Positions 11,991 to 25,104 of a stretch of DNA of 64,000 nt are shown here, piece after piece (within the stretch, counting starts at the first letter, position 1; each line of letters starts with the position of its first letter). The DNA is from Octopus sinensis. Taxonomy: Eukaryota. The translations under genes were made by a program, and so were the position numbers. The notes beneath the pieces were generated by a model. It was not told where the DNA came from. It worked only from the letters and a program-made list of their open reading frames with translations, and made no database searches. The DNA lies in NCBI RefSeq assembly GCF_006345805.1, contig NC_043000.1:163122001-163186000 (forward strand), in the 5' to 3' direction.

Positions 11991-12623
11991 ATTTTGTTGA
12001 ACTTTCAGATTTAGTCAAGTTTTGTTAATTTCATATCATGTGCCATTTTTCCTTGATCCTCTTTTATTTAACCTAAATATTTTAATTTTTGCTAAATTTC
12101 TGATGGCTAAGAATGGATATTGACGTGTATGAGTTTTTTCTAAATGTGATTTAAGAGAACTGAAGAAGCAAATTTACCTTAATCTTGTCTTACTCATTTT
12201 GCCCCATCTAAATTGGTCTTTCATATGCTCAATGAGAAAGGCGTTAATTTTCCGAAATAGGGCTCTGAATATGTTATAATGCTTTTAGAGATCCTTTGCT
12301 AAGCTGAATTAGTTTTTGGAAGGTAGGGAACATTTGTAAAAACAATTTTTTTTCTTCTCAAAGTAAAAAATGCAGCAAATTGTACTCATTGTACCCCACA
12401 CACTCCTTTATATTACTAATACCAATGCTGAAAATGTATTTCGCTTCCCTTGTATTTCAAAGATAGTACTAATTAATAACATAAAAACATGGGCCTGGGC
12501 ATTATTCGGCGAGACACGTATTTACTGAAGATACATAATAAGTTCATTGAGTAAAGTCAGAGACAGCATTTATATGGAGAGACACAGTGGAAACTAGTCG
12601 AGCTGTTCTCGGATTCATCCGGC

Positions 12624-12700
<77 letters not shown>

Positions 12701-12732
12701 ACTGGTGTGTGGAACTATTCAGGGTCTATTCA

Positions 12733-12963
12733 GGCGGCGAGCTGGCAGAATCGTTAGCGCTCCGGGCGAAATGCTTTGCGGTATTTCGTCTGCCGTTACG
12801 TTCTGAGTTCAAATTCCGTTGAGGTCGACTTTGCCTTTCATCCTTTCGGGGTCGATAAATTAAGTACCAGTTATGCACTGGGGTCGATATAATCGACTTA
12901 ATCCGTCTGTCTGTCCTTGTTTGTCCTCTCTGTGTTTAGCCCTTTGTGGGTAATAAAGAAATA
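12733..12963 (+). mobile_element. Full-length tRNA-derived SINE family B in ERCC4 intron 1
   Basis: A box (tggcagaatcgttag), B box (gagttcaaattcc), core gcctttcatcctttcggggtcgataaa, tail gggtaataaagaaata. Confidence 0.88.
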
Positions 12964-13081
12964 TATACACAGGGTTTATTTCCACAGCGAGACAGAATTT
13001 GTGATCTTAAAACTTGTGAACTTATTTCACTTAAAAGACTTTCATAAAAATAATCCAATAAAAAGAATCTCAAGAACTTAC

Positions 13082-13155
13082 TGTGACATAATAAGTAATC
13101 CATCGTCGTGGAAGCAATTCAAAAATATTTCTTTTTCATATTCCAAGAGCGGCAT
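13082..13155 (-). CDS. ERCC4: ERCC4/XPF coding exon 1 (MPLLEYEKEIFLNCFHDDGLLIMS + CA)
   Basis: ATG at 13155-13153. The translation matches the XPF N-terminus (human [25 protein letters not shown]). GTAAGT donor follows 13082. 74 nt, phase 2, joins the next exon in frame. Confidence 0.9.
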
Positions 13156-13418
13156 TTCTTGAAATTCCGTAAATAAACAAAACTTGTTTGGTGCAAAAGA
13201 ATCACATTTTCTGCTTTCACCGCCACATGAGACACCTGCCGACCGGTGACGGCTTACAAGGTTCCCCCAGTGAAAACTTTACCCATATTTATTGTATCGT
13301 TGCTGCTGTACTGTATTTAATTAATTGGTGTTGACGAAGCAAACTTTTGATTAAAGACATTCGAGTCTAACCATTTTTTTCTTTTACTTTCTTTTTTTTT
13401 TTTTTTCGCAGATAGATA

Positions 13419-13823
13419 GGCGCAGGAGTGGCTGTGTGGTAAGTAGCTTGCTAACCAACCACATCGTTTCGGGTTCAGTCCCACTGCGTGGCATCTTGGG
13501 CAAGTGGCTTCTGCTATAGCCCCGGGCCGACCAATGCCTTGTGAGTGGATTTGGCAGACGGAAATTGAAAGAAGCCTGTCGTATATATGTGTATATATAT
13601 ATATGTATGTGTGTGTGTGTTTGTGTGTCTGTGTTTGTCCCCCTAGCATTGCTTGACAACCGATGCTGGTGTGTTTACGTCCCCGTCACTTAGCGGTTCG
13701 GCAAAAGAGACCGATAAAATAAGTACTAGGCTTACAAAGAATAAGTCCCGGGGTCGATTTGCTCGACTAAATGCGGTGCTCCAGCATGGCCGCAGTCAAA
13801 TGACTGAAATAAGTAAAAGAGTA
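13419..13823 (+). mobile_element. Full-length bipartite SINE family A (tRNA head, TA/TG microsatellite linker, 3' module), about 260 bp upstream of the ERCC4 ATG
   Basis: ggcgcaggagtggctgtgtggtaag, B box gggttcagtcc, ttgggcaagtg core, linker ~13582-13635, tail gactgaaataagtaaaagagta. Confidence 0.88.
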
Positions 13824-14388
13824 CGTCATACATTTTTTAAAAACTGTGTGATGTAATTTGAAGAAGGTCTGGTTTCTTTGGTTCAGCTGCTAATCGTAAT
13901 GTTTATACGCCGTATCAGTTGTATAAAATATAAATGGTTTGACCCAATGAGTACGCCCCCTCCATGAAAAGTAAGAAACTCTTCCCCCGCAAGGAAATGT
14001 GAAATTGCCAGCTAACGAAGTCCTTAAAAATCCATACGAAAATACCATAGTAAGCCTTAAGGACACAACAATAATTTAATATTAAGTCCCAGGACCTATG
14101 AATTCGTAAAATTAAAGATTGGTTATTTCTCTACTTTCAAATGCACCTTATAGGTTCCTCAAGAATTCACAGCGTGTGCCCCACCTCTGCTCGTTGCCCT
14201 ATCTCCCTCAACTTACTACCTCAAAATTTAAAGAAAAAAGAAAAACTAGATATATTAGCCACTTGAATAAAAAGAGACAAAGAAAAACGGATGCAAACAG
14301 ATCGAAATGCCTTTGATTATAAGGTTGCTTAATCAAGCCTTAGCTAAAGCTAAAGGACAACAACGGGTTCTTGCCGATAAGAGGGAAT

Positions 14389-15284
14389 GGTTAATGTTTA
14401 CATGTACACTGGCACGAAAAAATCGACCCTTTTTTTCTTTATATAATTTTTTCAGCGGATTCTTATGTTTTCGATGACGGAGATTCTGAATATGCTAAAA
14501 ACCATGTTTTCGAAATTTTCAATTACCAACACCCACCCCGCCTCAAATTTTTAAATTTAACTGTTTTTCGATTTTCTTTTGTTTTTTAATCAACTGGAAA
14601 AATATGGAGATTAAGAATATGGGAAAAAGAAAATAATTAATTTCAAATTTTCTATGAGGAAACTCCAAAATTGATTCATACCCCACTCGCCACCTCATCC
14701 TGCTATTTAAAAGGGAAAATGAACGGCTTGCAAATATGAAAGGCTACTAATTATGAGAGAGCTGTCCCAATGTGAACATAAATGAGGGTCCAACCATTCT
14801 TCTTGGCAGCAGTTAAGAATATGAAGACTGTGAAAGACCCTTGTCCATCAGGAATTATTTCAAAAGTACCTAATTTGGGGTGGGTGGTGGGGAATTTCGG
14901 AAAATTCACCGGAGTTCACTTCAATTCGTCTTAACTTTCAAGAAAATGGATATTTTTTAATGAAATTCTCTACAAAGATGGACTTGTTCAGAAACATCCG
15001 CGAGTGGGGAACGGTTCTCAAAAATCACCCCCAATTGTTCCCCACCCCCTAGTACTTATTCTATTGTGTTTTTTTTATGTTTTTTGTCGAACCGCTAGAT
15101 AATGGGGATGTAAACACCGCAACGTTAGTCAAATAAAGGGTTAGGGTGGGGAGGGGGTAATTGAAAATTTTGAAAGAATGGTTTTTGGAATATTCAGAAT
15201 CTCCATCATCGAAAATATAGGAATCCACTGAAAAAAATTTCAAAACAAAAAAGTCTGTTTTTTTCGTGCTGGTAAACATTAACC
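14389..15284. mobile_element. MITE/foldback DNA element with ~140-bp terminal inverted repeats
   Basis: The left end ggttaatgtttac...ttttcgatgacggagattctgaatat...aattttcaattacc is the reverse complement of 15157-15284. The 8-bp flanks gagggaat and caggaaat are 6/8 identical. A SINE A fragment is nested at ~15050-15125. Confidence 0.75.
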
Positions 15285-17439
15285 CAGGAAATCCGTTGTC
15301 AATGGACAGAGGTGTTCATGCGACGAGGTGCGGGTGTGACCATTACGACCATGCTGTGACTGTCAACCAACGATTATTTGAAGTAGTCAAGGGGAAACAA
15401 CTTTGTAATTTAAAATACAAGATTTATGTCCCTTGTGTGTGCACGTATTGGGAATCCTCGCGTTTCGGAGCTAAGTTGTTCCTGAAAATCTTGTAATGTT
15501 AAATTAATTTTCTCATTGATTTCCATATTATAAAGTGAGAATGTTTACCGACGGACTTTTTAAAATATATTTTGAGAAAGAAATAAAAGTAATTTAAAAA
15601 AACCCACACGAATACTTTAATGCATGAAAATAATTCGTCAACATACACATCAGAATATGTCTACATAAAAGACTTCAAGAGAGATACTTAGGGTATAAAT
15701 AAGAATCGTGATATCGTAACAGGGTACGATCTAATCCACAAAAGATGATGGCTGTTGGCTGAGAGGTGGTTGTGGAATGAGAGTAACTAGGAGGATAAGG
15801 GACGCTACCTTGAATCTTACAGTTCATCATCATCAACATGTATTTGAGAGGCGAGGAACCTATCCCCATATGTGCCCTTTGCACCGTTCAGTGTGTAGAA
15901 GCTCATTGTAAACTTTTCTTGGAATTTTAATGGTACAGTCTGGATATTTATTTTTCCAAGTACCATTCAAAGTCAGGGTTCATTTCACCATATGACTCAT
16001 TAGATAATATAGTTAGATAATGTAATTAGGGGCCTAAAAAATTCGCGGATAATTATGATTGGAAAGCCTCTGATCATGGATTTTTTTCCCATCAGTTTTG
16101 ACTTGGGACGAAAAAACAAAATTATTTGTAGATTTTGGTGAAATAGAGGGAAATTATCTTTCAATATTTAGTTTTGATCCTCAACATGACTGAAAGGTTT
16201 TACTCGTCTTTTAGTATTTAGTCAGGGAGAAAAAGGCAGCACCTAAAGGACTTCTGAAACTAGTAGGACAAGAGGAAGAAATTATCTTCAAAATGGACAT
16301 CTGGCCCGAATACTTGCCACAAAATGGATTCTGCTAAAAACATCCAAGGATTAAGTGATGGTGATAAACAGGGCGATAGATAAACGCTACAACTCCCAAA
16401 CTCATAGCACTAAAAGGAAGACAACTCGTCACATACTCTAACACTTCCGCCAACCAACTTCTGGCACATCTGTAACACGTCTGGTGCCATTACGCAATCT
16501 TCATGCTCTGCCCGATGTAGCTCTTCTTTTCGGTTATGTTATCATCTAGCGTTGGAGTGGCACGCTATTTTATGAACTCCAAAGGGAAGAATAGCAAAGC
16601 TGTCCCTTATGGGATTTGAACTCAGAGCACAGAGTACTGGTGCAAATCCAATAAGTCATTTTTGCTTTACGTTCTGTCAACTCTGCCGTGTCATTTGATA
16701 ATGTGTTAGACTGAACCTTAAGCAATACAATGAAATGAATTGCTTAAGGCTTAGAAATGATTTAATAGTGATTGTTGTTTAATCCAAGCCAGCTCAGATG
16801 GAGCAAATTAATGACCAAGAAGATTCCAGCTCTGACTTTCAGGTTTTTTTACTTCAAACACGGAGTATTCAGAATTTCATTATCCAATCTGTTATTCTTT
16901 TCTCAGAAGGTAGAGCAGGGTGTGTGATCTGAGGATAATTTGGCTGCTATTTTCAGCAGATTAAGTAATCACGTAGAGATTCTGATTTTAAAGTCTCTTC
17001 AATTTAAGTGCCCTAAAGACATCAATCACGTGACCTTTATTTATTTTTATGGATTTATATTTTCACAGAATTTTAAACCGCTTCATTGTCCTGTTCTCAC
17101 CTTATCTTTATGCATCAGATATTTTCCTTTCGAGAGGCTAGATTATGATTCTTGAAAATACACGATCATCGATAAAGAGCTGGAATCTGAGCTTTGGGTT
17201 TTGGCATTCCATGTAACAGCAAGGAAATATATCTATCAATATTGTTTGCTTACTTAAAACGGTAACGGAATCTGCAAACAACAGAAGACAACATCCAACT
17301 CCCTAATGTGCAAAAATATGCTTCAGCCAACGAAGAAGCTTGTACTTAGTCACTCGACATGCTCTCCATAACTCTATACAAAATATCCTTAACGAAGGGA
17401 CGCGTTCACTAATGCAAACCTAGTGCTCATTACGTCGGT

Positions 17440-17887
17440 GAATCTGTGGAGGCGCCAGAGCATTAGGATGAAATACTTCGTGGATTTCTTTTGGGTCTTC
17501 TGAATTCTGAATTCGAATACTGCCGAGGTCAATTTTGCTTTTGATCCTTTCGGAGTCGATAAACAAAGTACTATTCCTTAGCAGTATTGTGTTTCTTCTC
17601 GAGCCATGCCTGGCTCATAAGGGCCGGTTTCCCGGTTTCCTTGGCGTATAGGTTCCCCACCTGAATGGGACGACGGCCCGTCGCAGATGGGCTGTAAGAT
17701 GCAGGAGGAAAGAGTGAGAGAAAATTGTAGCGAAAGAGTCAGCAGAAGTTCACCATTACTTACTGCCGGAGCCGCGTGGAGCTTAGTGTTTCGCTCATAA
17801 GCATACACATCGCCCGGTCTGAGATTCGAACACACGATCCCTCGACCGCGCGTCCGCTGTTCTAACCACTAGGTCATATGCCTCCAC
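17440..17887. mobile_element. Degenerate SINE B (+, ~17440-17580) abutting a tRNA-derived SINE family C (-, 17583-17887)
   Basis: Minus-strand head gtggaggcatatgacctagtggttagaacagcggac...gttcgaatctc; tail gaaaccggcccttatgagcc. Confidence 0.8.
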
Positions 17888-17917
17888 AGTGGATTGACGG
17901 AATTGTTACAGTGTCAA

Positions 17918-18019
17918 ATACATACATACATGCATGCATGCATGCATACATACATACATACATACATACATACATACATACATACATACGTTTAGTAACT
18001 GAATTATTCGTCAATCAAA

Positions 18020-18099
<80 letters not shown>

Positions 18100-18100
18100 G

Positions 18101-18171
<71 letters not shown>

Positions 18172-18205
18172 GTCTATCTATCGATCTATCTATCTACATG
18201 TCTGT
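17918..18205. repeat. Compound (TACA)n/(TCTA)n microsatellite
   Basis: Direct reading. Confidence 0.95.
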
Positions 18206-19062
18206 CTATCAACACTTTGATACATTGATTGATAGGTTTCGACCAGAATTGGACCAGGTCATCACAAGCTTAATTGCACTCCTTGGAAAAGACATTTAGT
18301 GATGATTCATATTAGTCATTCTTTGGGTATCATAGCCCATTCGGGTAGAGAGTTATTGTTTGTAGAGACATATCCGGGTGTATATAGGTTGTCTGGAATT
18401 TGTTGGAAGTTGTCCAGGAACTATTTGAATGTTATGGGGACCTTTTCTTTCCTTACATGTCGTACATAAACACACACATGTATGTGTATTTTAACCAACC
18501 AACCGTAACTAAGACAATGAAATTCAAATGTGTCAACCAATTGGATTTAGCTTGGGATTGTAAATAATCTCTCCCCTACCCCCGTAAGATTTTAACCACT
18601 GTAATACTGTATTAATAACAACGTAAGCATAGCTCGTAACGGCCTATCTCTTACCTCTTGATCTGTGAACTCTACGTATGTACACGCATATATCTTTTGT
18701 ATGATGTAAAAGGATAAAATCTCTTTATATATGTATATGTATTAGTGGATGTTTTTTTACGCATGTACGTATATGCATATACATGTGTTTGTTACCTGTG
18801 TGTATATATATGTATGCAGAATAAGACTGAAGTTTCGATTTTGACTGTATGATATATGAATAAAATGACATTATTTGTTACATTATTTGTTGAATTAATG
18901 TGCTTGCATCTTTCATAGGCATCTGCCTATATATTATGTTATACTATATTTTTTATGTGATATACAATATATTATATTATACTATATTTTATGTGGTATT
19001 TTCCATCTACTATGTATTGTGAATAGCAGAATGCACATATTCCAATATTGGTATTATTTATG

Positions 19063-19125
<63 letters not shown>

Positions 19126-19267
19126 TTAATAGTTTTGGTACTGTAATGTAATGAACTTTGTACTTTGTATATGTACCCATTGATGTGGATGTATATGTAT
19201 ACTCCAGTATATATATTTGATTATCTGTAACCTTATGTGTATGTATATTATTATATATTTACTTATA

Positions 19268-19305
<38 letters not shown>

Positions 19306-20244
19306 TATTCTTATGTATGTGTATTTTGTTTCATATTTATATTTGCATTTGTATATTTTTATAATTGTACTTTATAATCTTTGATGAGGACTTGAGATAT
19401 ATATATAAGTAACTCATTTTTAACTGCATATTACCTCAATACATCTGACTAATATAGGCACAATGAGATTCCTTTATCTACAGGCTGAAACAGCTGTAAG
19501 ATCAATTTTATATGTATTATTTTTATGGTATTATCTTAGTTATTGATGTATATTGTTTTATTCTGTTGGATTTGGATGTTCCTATTTAAGTAGTTAATAA
19601 ATAATATGAATTGGTAATATCTGTAAGTTGATGATTGAAAGGAATCTGTTCCTCCATTTTCTTATTTGTATTATGAATTTGAGGTAAAATATTTTACCTT
19701 CGCCCATCTAATACAATAAATGAATTAATTGCATTGCAATTATAAGCATTTATGTATTTGCCTTTTGGGTACTTCACCAGCAGTATATTGGATAACTGAT
19801 ATCCCATAGTGGGTTACACTCATAACTCCTATCTCACTTTGTACTTATATATATATATATATATATATATGCGTGTATGTATGTGTGTGTATATATATAA
19901 ATATACATACATATATGCATGTATATACACATACATACTTATATAAAGATTTAAACATACCTTCATATATACATACATAACGCACGCGTGCACACATACA
20001 CATATACTGTGTGTGTGTGTGTGAGCGCGTGCGCTTCCGTGTATATGTAAATTTATTTTACCAGGGCTGCACAGGCTTGTGTATATTTAGGGTGTCTTTG
20101 TAGGAGGTGGCGGTGGGCGGGAGGAAACAGGGTACACGCGTATAACAATCTGATTCTCTTCCCGCTGTGATCCCTGTTGAGCATTCAATTTTACGGTTTG
20201 CCACATCTGAGTTTGTTATGTTTATAAATTGGCAGATCAGTGCT

Positions 20245-20287
20245 GATTATTTATATATATACATATACATATATATATATATATATA

Positions 20288-20369
<82 letters not shown>

Positions 20370-20378
20370 TATTATATA

Positions 20379-20469
<91 letters not shown>

Positions 20470-20745
20470 ATATATATATATATATATACATATATATATA
20501 CACGCGCGGGTACACACGTTCACATACATGCATACAAAGGTATAGATATTATTTACATCTAATGTATGTATGTATGTATGTATGTATGTATTTATGTATG
20601 TATGTATGTATGTATTATGTATTTATGTATGTATTTATGTATGTATTTATGTATGTATGTATTATGTATGTATGTATGTATGTATGTATTATGTATGTAT
20701 GTATGTATGTATTTATGTATGTATGTATTTATGTATTTATGTATA
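20245..20745. repeat. (TA)n and (TATG)n microsatellite block
   Basis: Direct reading. Confidence 0.95.
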
Positions 20746-20889
20746 TGCCTGTGTGTCCAGGGTGGTATTTATGGTCGTATTGCATTTATGTAAGCATGTA
20801 TGAGTGAGCATATAACCAAATGTATGTGCGCATACCAAGTGTGATTCTATATATATATATATATATGTATATATAAATGCCCCCTTTTA

Positions 20890-21108
20890 AAGCCTAGCCA
20901 GGCTCATGGGCCTGGTTTCCCGGTTTCTATGGCGTATGTGTTCCCCCCAGCTGCATCGCAGCATCACTCAGTTTTACCAGCTGAGTGGACTGGAGCAACG
21001 TGAAATGAAGTGTTTTGCTCAAGAACACAACGCGTCGCCCGGTCCAGGAATCGAAACCACAATCTTATGATCATGTTGCTGACACCCTAACCACTAAGCC
21101 ACGCGCCT

Positions 21109-21110
<2 letters not shown>
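20890..21110 (-). mobile_element. tRNA-derived SINE with a CORE-like central domain
   Basis: Head ggaggcgcgtggcttagtggttaggg...gtttcgattcc; core ttgtgttcttgagcaaaacacttcatttcacgttgctccagtccactcagctg. Its tail is shared with family C. Confidence 0.8.
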
Positions 21111-21164
<54 letters not shown>

Positions 21165-21736
21165 GCAATATACATACTTGATGGGTAGACCGTCGTTGCC
21201 GGAGAATTTTCACAATAAAATTCCTTCTATTTTATTTTTATTCCCTGTTAGACGGTGTCTTCCCCCGAAGGATAGGCCTCCTGAACTGGACGGCTTTCTG
21301 ATTTCTGCATTACTTGGGGCAATTTACAATGTCTCGATAAACGAATGTTTATGTCTCTCCATTTTCTGCAAAGATGTAAAGATTTTTCTTACTTCCTACT
21401 CTGGAAATCCAGTGGTTGAATCAAAGCTCTTGAAGGTGTAAAATGGCAACCGAAAATATTTGCCCTTGCGATTTGGTGTTGGTCATGGCCAAACTAAGAT
21501 TACTGGAAACTGAGATCGTTTGAACTGAAATGTGGCATCGTCTCTCGAGTCCGTGCGGCGGAGGCTTTTCTGCGATTATCCTTTAATCGCTGCATCCTGT
21601 GCTTGAGTCGTTCTTGAGAATATGCAACGGAGGCTGGTGTTCGTGGATCATTAAGTCTATTCCTTTTGTGTTTGTCTTCTGAGCTCGCCGCTGATGCTTT
21701 GTGACGGCCTTTCGACTCTGTCATCTTGATGAAATT

Positions 21737-21778
<42 letters not shown>

Positions 21779-22225
21779 TCAGCGTAACCAATATACATTT
21801 ACAGAGAAAGAGTGAGAGAGGGCGCGGTAAATATATAGAGAAAGAGGGAAGTTTACAATAAGAAATGCGTAAAAGACTGAGAGGGGCAGATAGAAAGAAG
21901 GGATCTTTTTGCTACTGTCGCAGATTTTGAATTTTTAAAATTAAGTGAAAATTTGCTATATTGATGTAATTTTTCAAGCTGAATCCGATGTTATTATCAA
22001 TTTATTCTAGACAAATTTTAGAAAAATATTGGAGATATTTAAAGTTTGATAATGTTTACCCAATCAAAAAGCAGGATTCGGAAGGTAGCGTTTTCTGCGT
22101 GATAGTTGTCTATCACAAAATGAAAGCAAACAGAAAACAGCGACGAAGTTCCAAACATGATGAAAGCATTTGTACATCATAACAAGAGAGAGGGGAGGGA
22201 ACGAGAGAGAGAAAGAGAAGAAAGT

Positions 22226-22435
<210 letters not shown>

Positions 22436-22938
22436 TGACAGACGGAGAGAAGATTTAGAGATATAAAAGTTGAGTTATTTTTCGTATCAAATTATAACTT
22501 TTAATTATTATTTACCAAAAACCTTCTTTCTGGGACAGATTTCGAAAATCAATTCCGTTCTTTTTCGAGGACGCACCGTTTCGGAACCTTTTAGGGTTAT
22601 AAACACATATATACCCTCTCGTTCATATAGTGTGTGTATATATGTGTGTGTCTATATATGTGTGTGTGTAAATATATATATATATATATATATAATATTA
22701 ATTAGAGACAAAACCACTATTTTGTAAAACAAACAAGGAAAGACTTAATCTTTTTTTTTTTTTTTTATTTTTTACTTTTTATTAAAATTTTATGTATTGA
22801 TTAAGTCTTTCCTTGTTTGTTTTGCAAAATGTGGTTTTTGTCTATAATAATTATATAATATTTTACTATAAAATTGGATTTAATCCTAAATCTGATTTTT
22901 TCCCTGTAAATTTGGATTTATTCCCTAATATTTATTAT

Positions 22939-22970
<32 letters not shown>

Positions 22971-23073
22971 ATATATATATAAAGTTAATCCAAACATTAA
23001 AATACACAACAACGCGAGGACGTGGAACAAATATGGTATTATTGGACGCTCAGGAAGGAAGGGAAGAAGGAAG

Positions 23074-23108
23074 GTTTAACGTTTCGAGCGGAGCTCTTCG
23101 TCAGAAAC
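23074..23108 (-). ncRNA. Minimal type I hammerhead ribozyme motif, probably within a Penelope-like pseudo-LTR (~22985-23165)
   Basis: The minus strand reads GUUU CUGACGA A GAGC-UCC-GCUC GAAA CG UU AAAC: 4-bp stem I, conserved core, 4-bp stem II, palindromic stem III (ACGU), predicted GUU cleavage triplet. Confidence 0.75.
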
Positions 23109-23170
23109 ATAGGAAAAGGAAAGATCCAGAGAAGGGAAGACGGAGGAAAAAAAAATCGCCAACGGTACAC

Positions 23171-23893
23171 ACGCGGTCACCAATAAGTATCCGGACTGTT
23201 GCCACAGTAACAAAGCTAAAGCACGCACAGTAAAGCCACTTGGCAAAGATTGACCATGAACTCTGCTGTGCGCACTAAATTTTACCGTTCTGCTTACAAC
23301 AGGAAGGTGTGTAGCGTGTGATCGTCGCATTGACCATGACAGAGAAAGTTGTCATGGCGATACCTGCTCATAGGGCGAGCCAAGGCTGCAGAAAGAATAT
23401 GGAGAAGAGTGTATGAGTCTCACACAAGTGTAGGAGTGGTTCAGACGTTTCCAACATGGGCGAAAATATATCGATATTAACGAACGTTCTTGGAGACACG
23501 CAACTCGCAGAACTGAGAAAAACATTGTAGATGTGCGTGCAGCTGTGATGAGAAATCATCAAATCATCATCCGTGAGTTATCAAAGGATGTGCAAATTAG
23601 TTACGGTTCAGTTCAGTCCATTATCACTTAAGATTTGGTTATGAGATGCGGTTCTACCAAGTTTGTGCCAAAATTGCTTTCAGCTGACCAAGAAGACGCA
23701 TGAGTTTCAGTTGCCCAAGATCTCCTTGATTGAGTCGAGAACGATGAAAACTTTTTGTAAACTTTGCGTAGGCCTCTGAGCAGGTATCGCCAAGCTTTTG
23801 GCAAAATTTGATGTAGATTCTCTGCTCAACTTTCTCTGTCATTGTCAATGAGATGAACACACGCTGCACGTGTTCCTTCTAAGCACTGCTGTA
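23171..23893 (+). mobile_element. Mariner-derived MITE with an inverted duplication of its 5' end (copy 2)
   Basis: Starts at TIR-like caataagtatccggact. A partial transposase lies on the plus strand and an inverted MTEKVEQRIYIKFCQKLGDTCSEAYAK at ~23760-23845. Same junctions as 8016-8716. Confidence 0.8.
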
Positions 23894-23953
23894 AACAGTG
23901 CTATATACACATATATATACATATACATATATATACAGATATATATATATATA

Positions 23954-24115
23954 GGCGCAGGAGTGACTGTGTGGTAAGTAGATTGCTTACTAACCACATA
24001 GTTCTGGGTTCAGTCCCACTGCGTGGCACCTTGGACAAGTCTTCTACTATAGTCTCGGGCCGATCAAAGCCTTGTGAGTGTATTTGGTTGACGGAAACTG
24101 AAAGAAGCCCACCCA
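23954..24115 (+). mobile_element. SINE family A 5' module
   Basis: ggcgcaggagtgactgtgtggtaag...ggaaactgaaagaagcc. Confidence 0.85.
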
Positions 24116-24650
24116 TACACATTCCAATCCCACCTTTCTTATCCTCCCCATCCCACCCCACCTCATTACTTGCACCCACTTCCACATACCTCACCTCTAC
24201 CTCCACCTTCTGCCTGCCCACATATCCCACTTCTACCCCTACCATCAGCCTAACCCACACCACACCCTTGCTTTCCCCCATCCCACCTCCCACCTCCCAA
24301 CACCCTCACACCACACCACACACCACTACACCATACACCACCATACCACACAACACATCACATCACACCAACACACACACACTAGCATTGACAACTTCCC
24401 AGCCCCACATCTTCACACCTAGACATACACACACGCACACGGCAAGGTCACCAGCCCTCTTCCACACGCACATACATACTCTCTTATACACACGCATGTG
24501 CGCCATCGTTTTGGGACCATCACTACTTTATTATCTCCCCTTCTTCTTAGCTCTCCTGTGTGACCCTTTCCGGCATTCGCCATGATAGATCTCTAGCCAC
24601 TACACATTCTTTATTTTCTCTCCTTGTTTATTTCTGTGTTCCTTTCTGTG

Positions 24651-25054
24651 TGCCTGTGAAATCTTGTATTCCTGCCATAAGGCTTTACCTCCACGCACAA
24701 CAGCTTAATTTAATTCGTCCTTTGTCGAAAAACACCTGTTATTATGTCCCTTTATTTGTATTTGTGTAACAGTCTCTGCGTTTTTCCGTCCGTGTTTTCG
24801 TATATATTCGCTGCTTTCTTCCAAGCAATCTAATGCTCTTAGATTAGTTTTTCCTTGGGGCTGGCCAGATTGGAGCAATCTCGAGTATAACCAGCCGAAA
24901 TTGCAAAGATAATCTGGTACTTGACTGAGGAAAGAAAATTCGAATGACCCGTCCTTGTATTCTTTGTATCATCTATCTGGATGTTTTGTTGTCCCAATTT
25001 TGTATCACCTAACTCTCCAAATGTTTTGCGTTCTTATCCCATATATATATATAT

Positions 25055-25104
<50 letters not shown>

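Noticed and set aside
11405-12206. ggggcaaaatga repeats (two direct, one inverted)
   Set aside because: Too short and diverged to define element ends or a TSD.
12733-12830. tRNA-like sequences with A and B boxes (here and in the other SINE heads)
   Set aside because: They run directly into SINE cores and lack a complete cloverleaf, so they are not tRNA genes.
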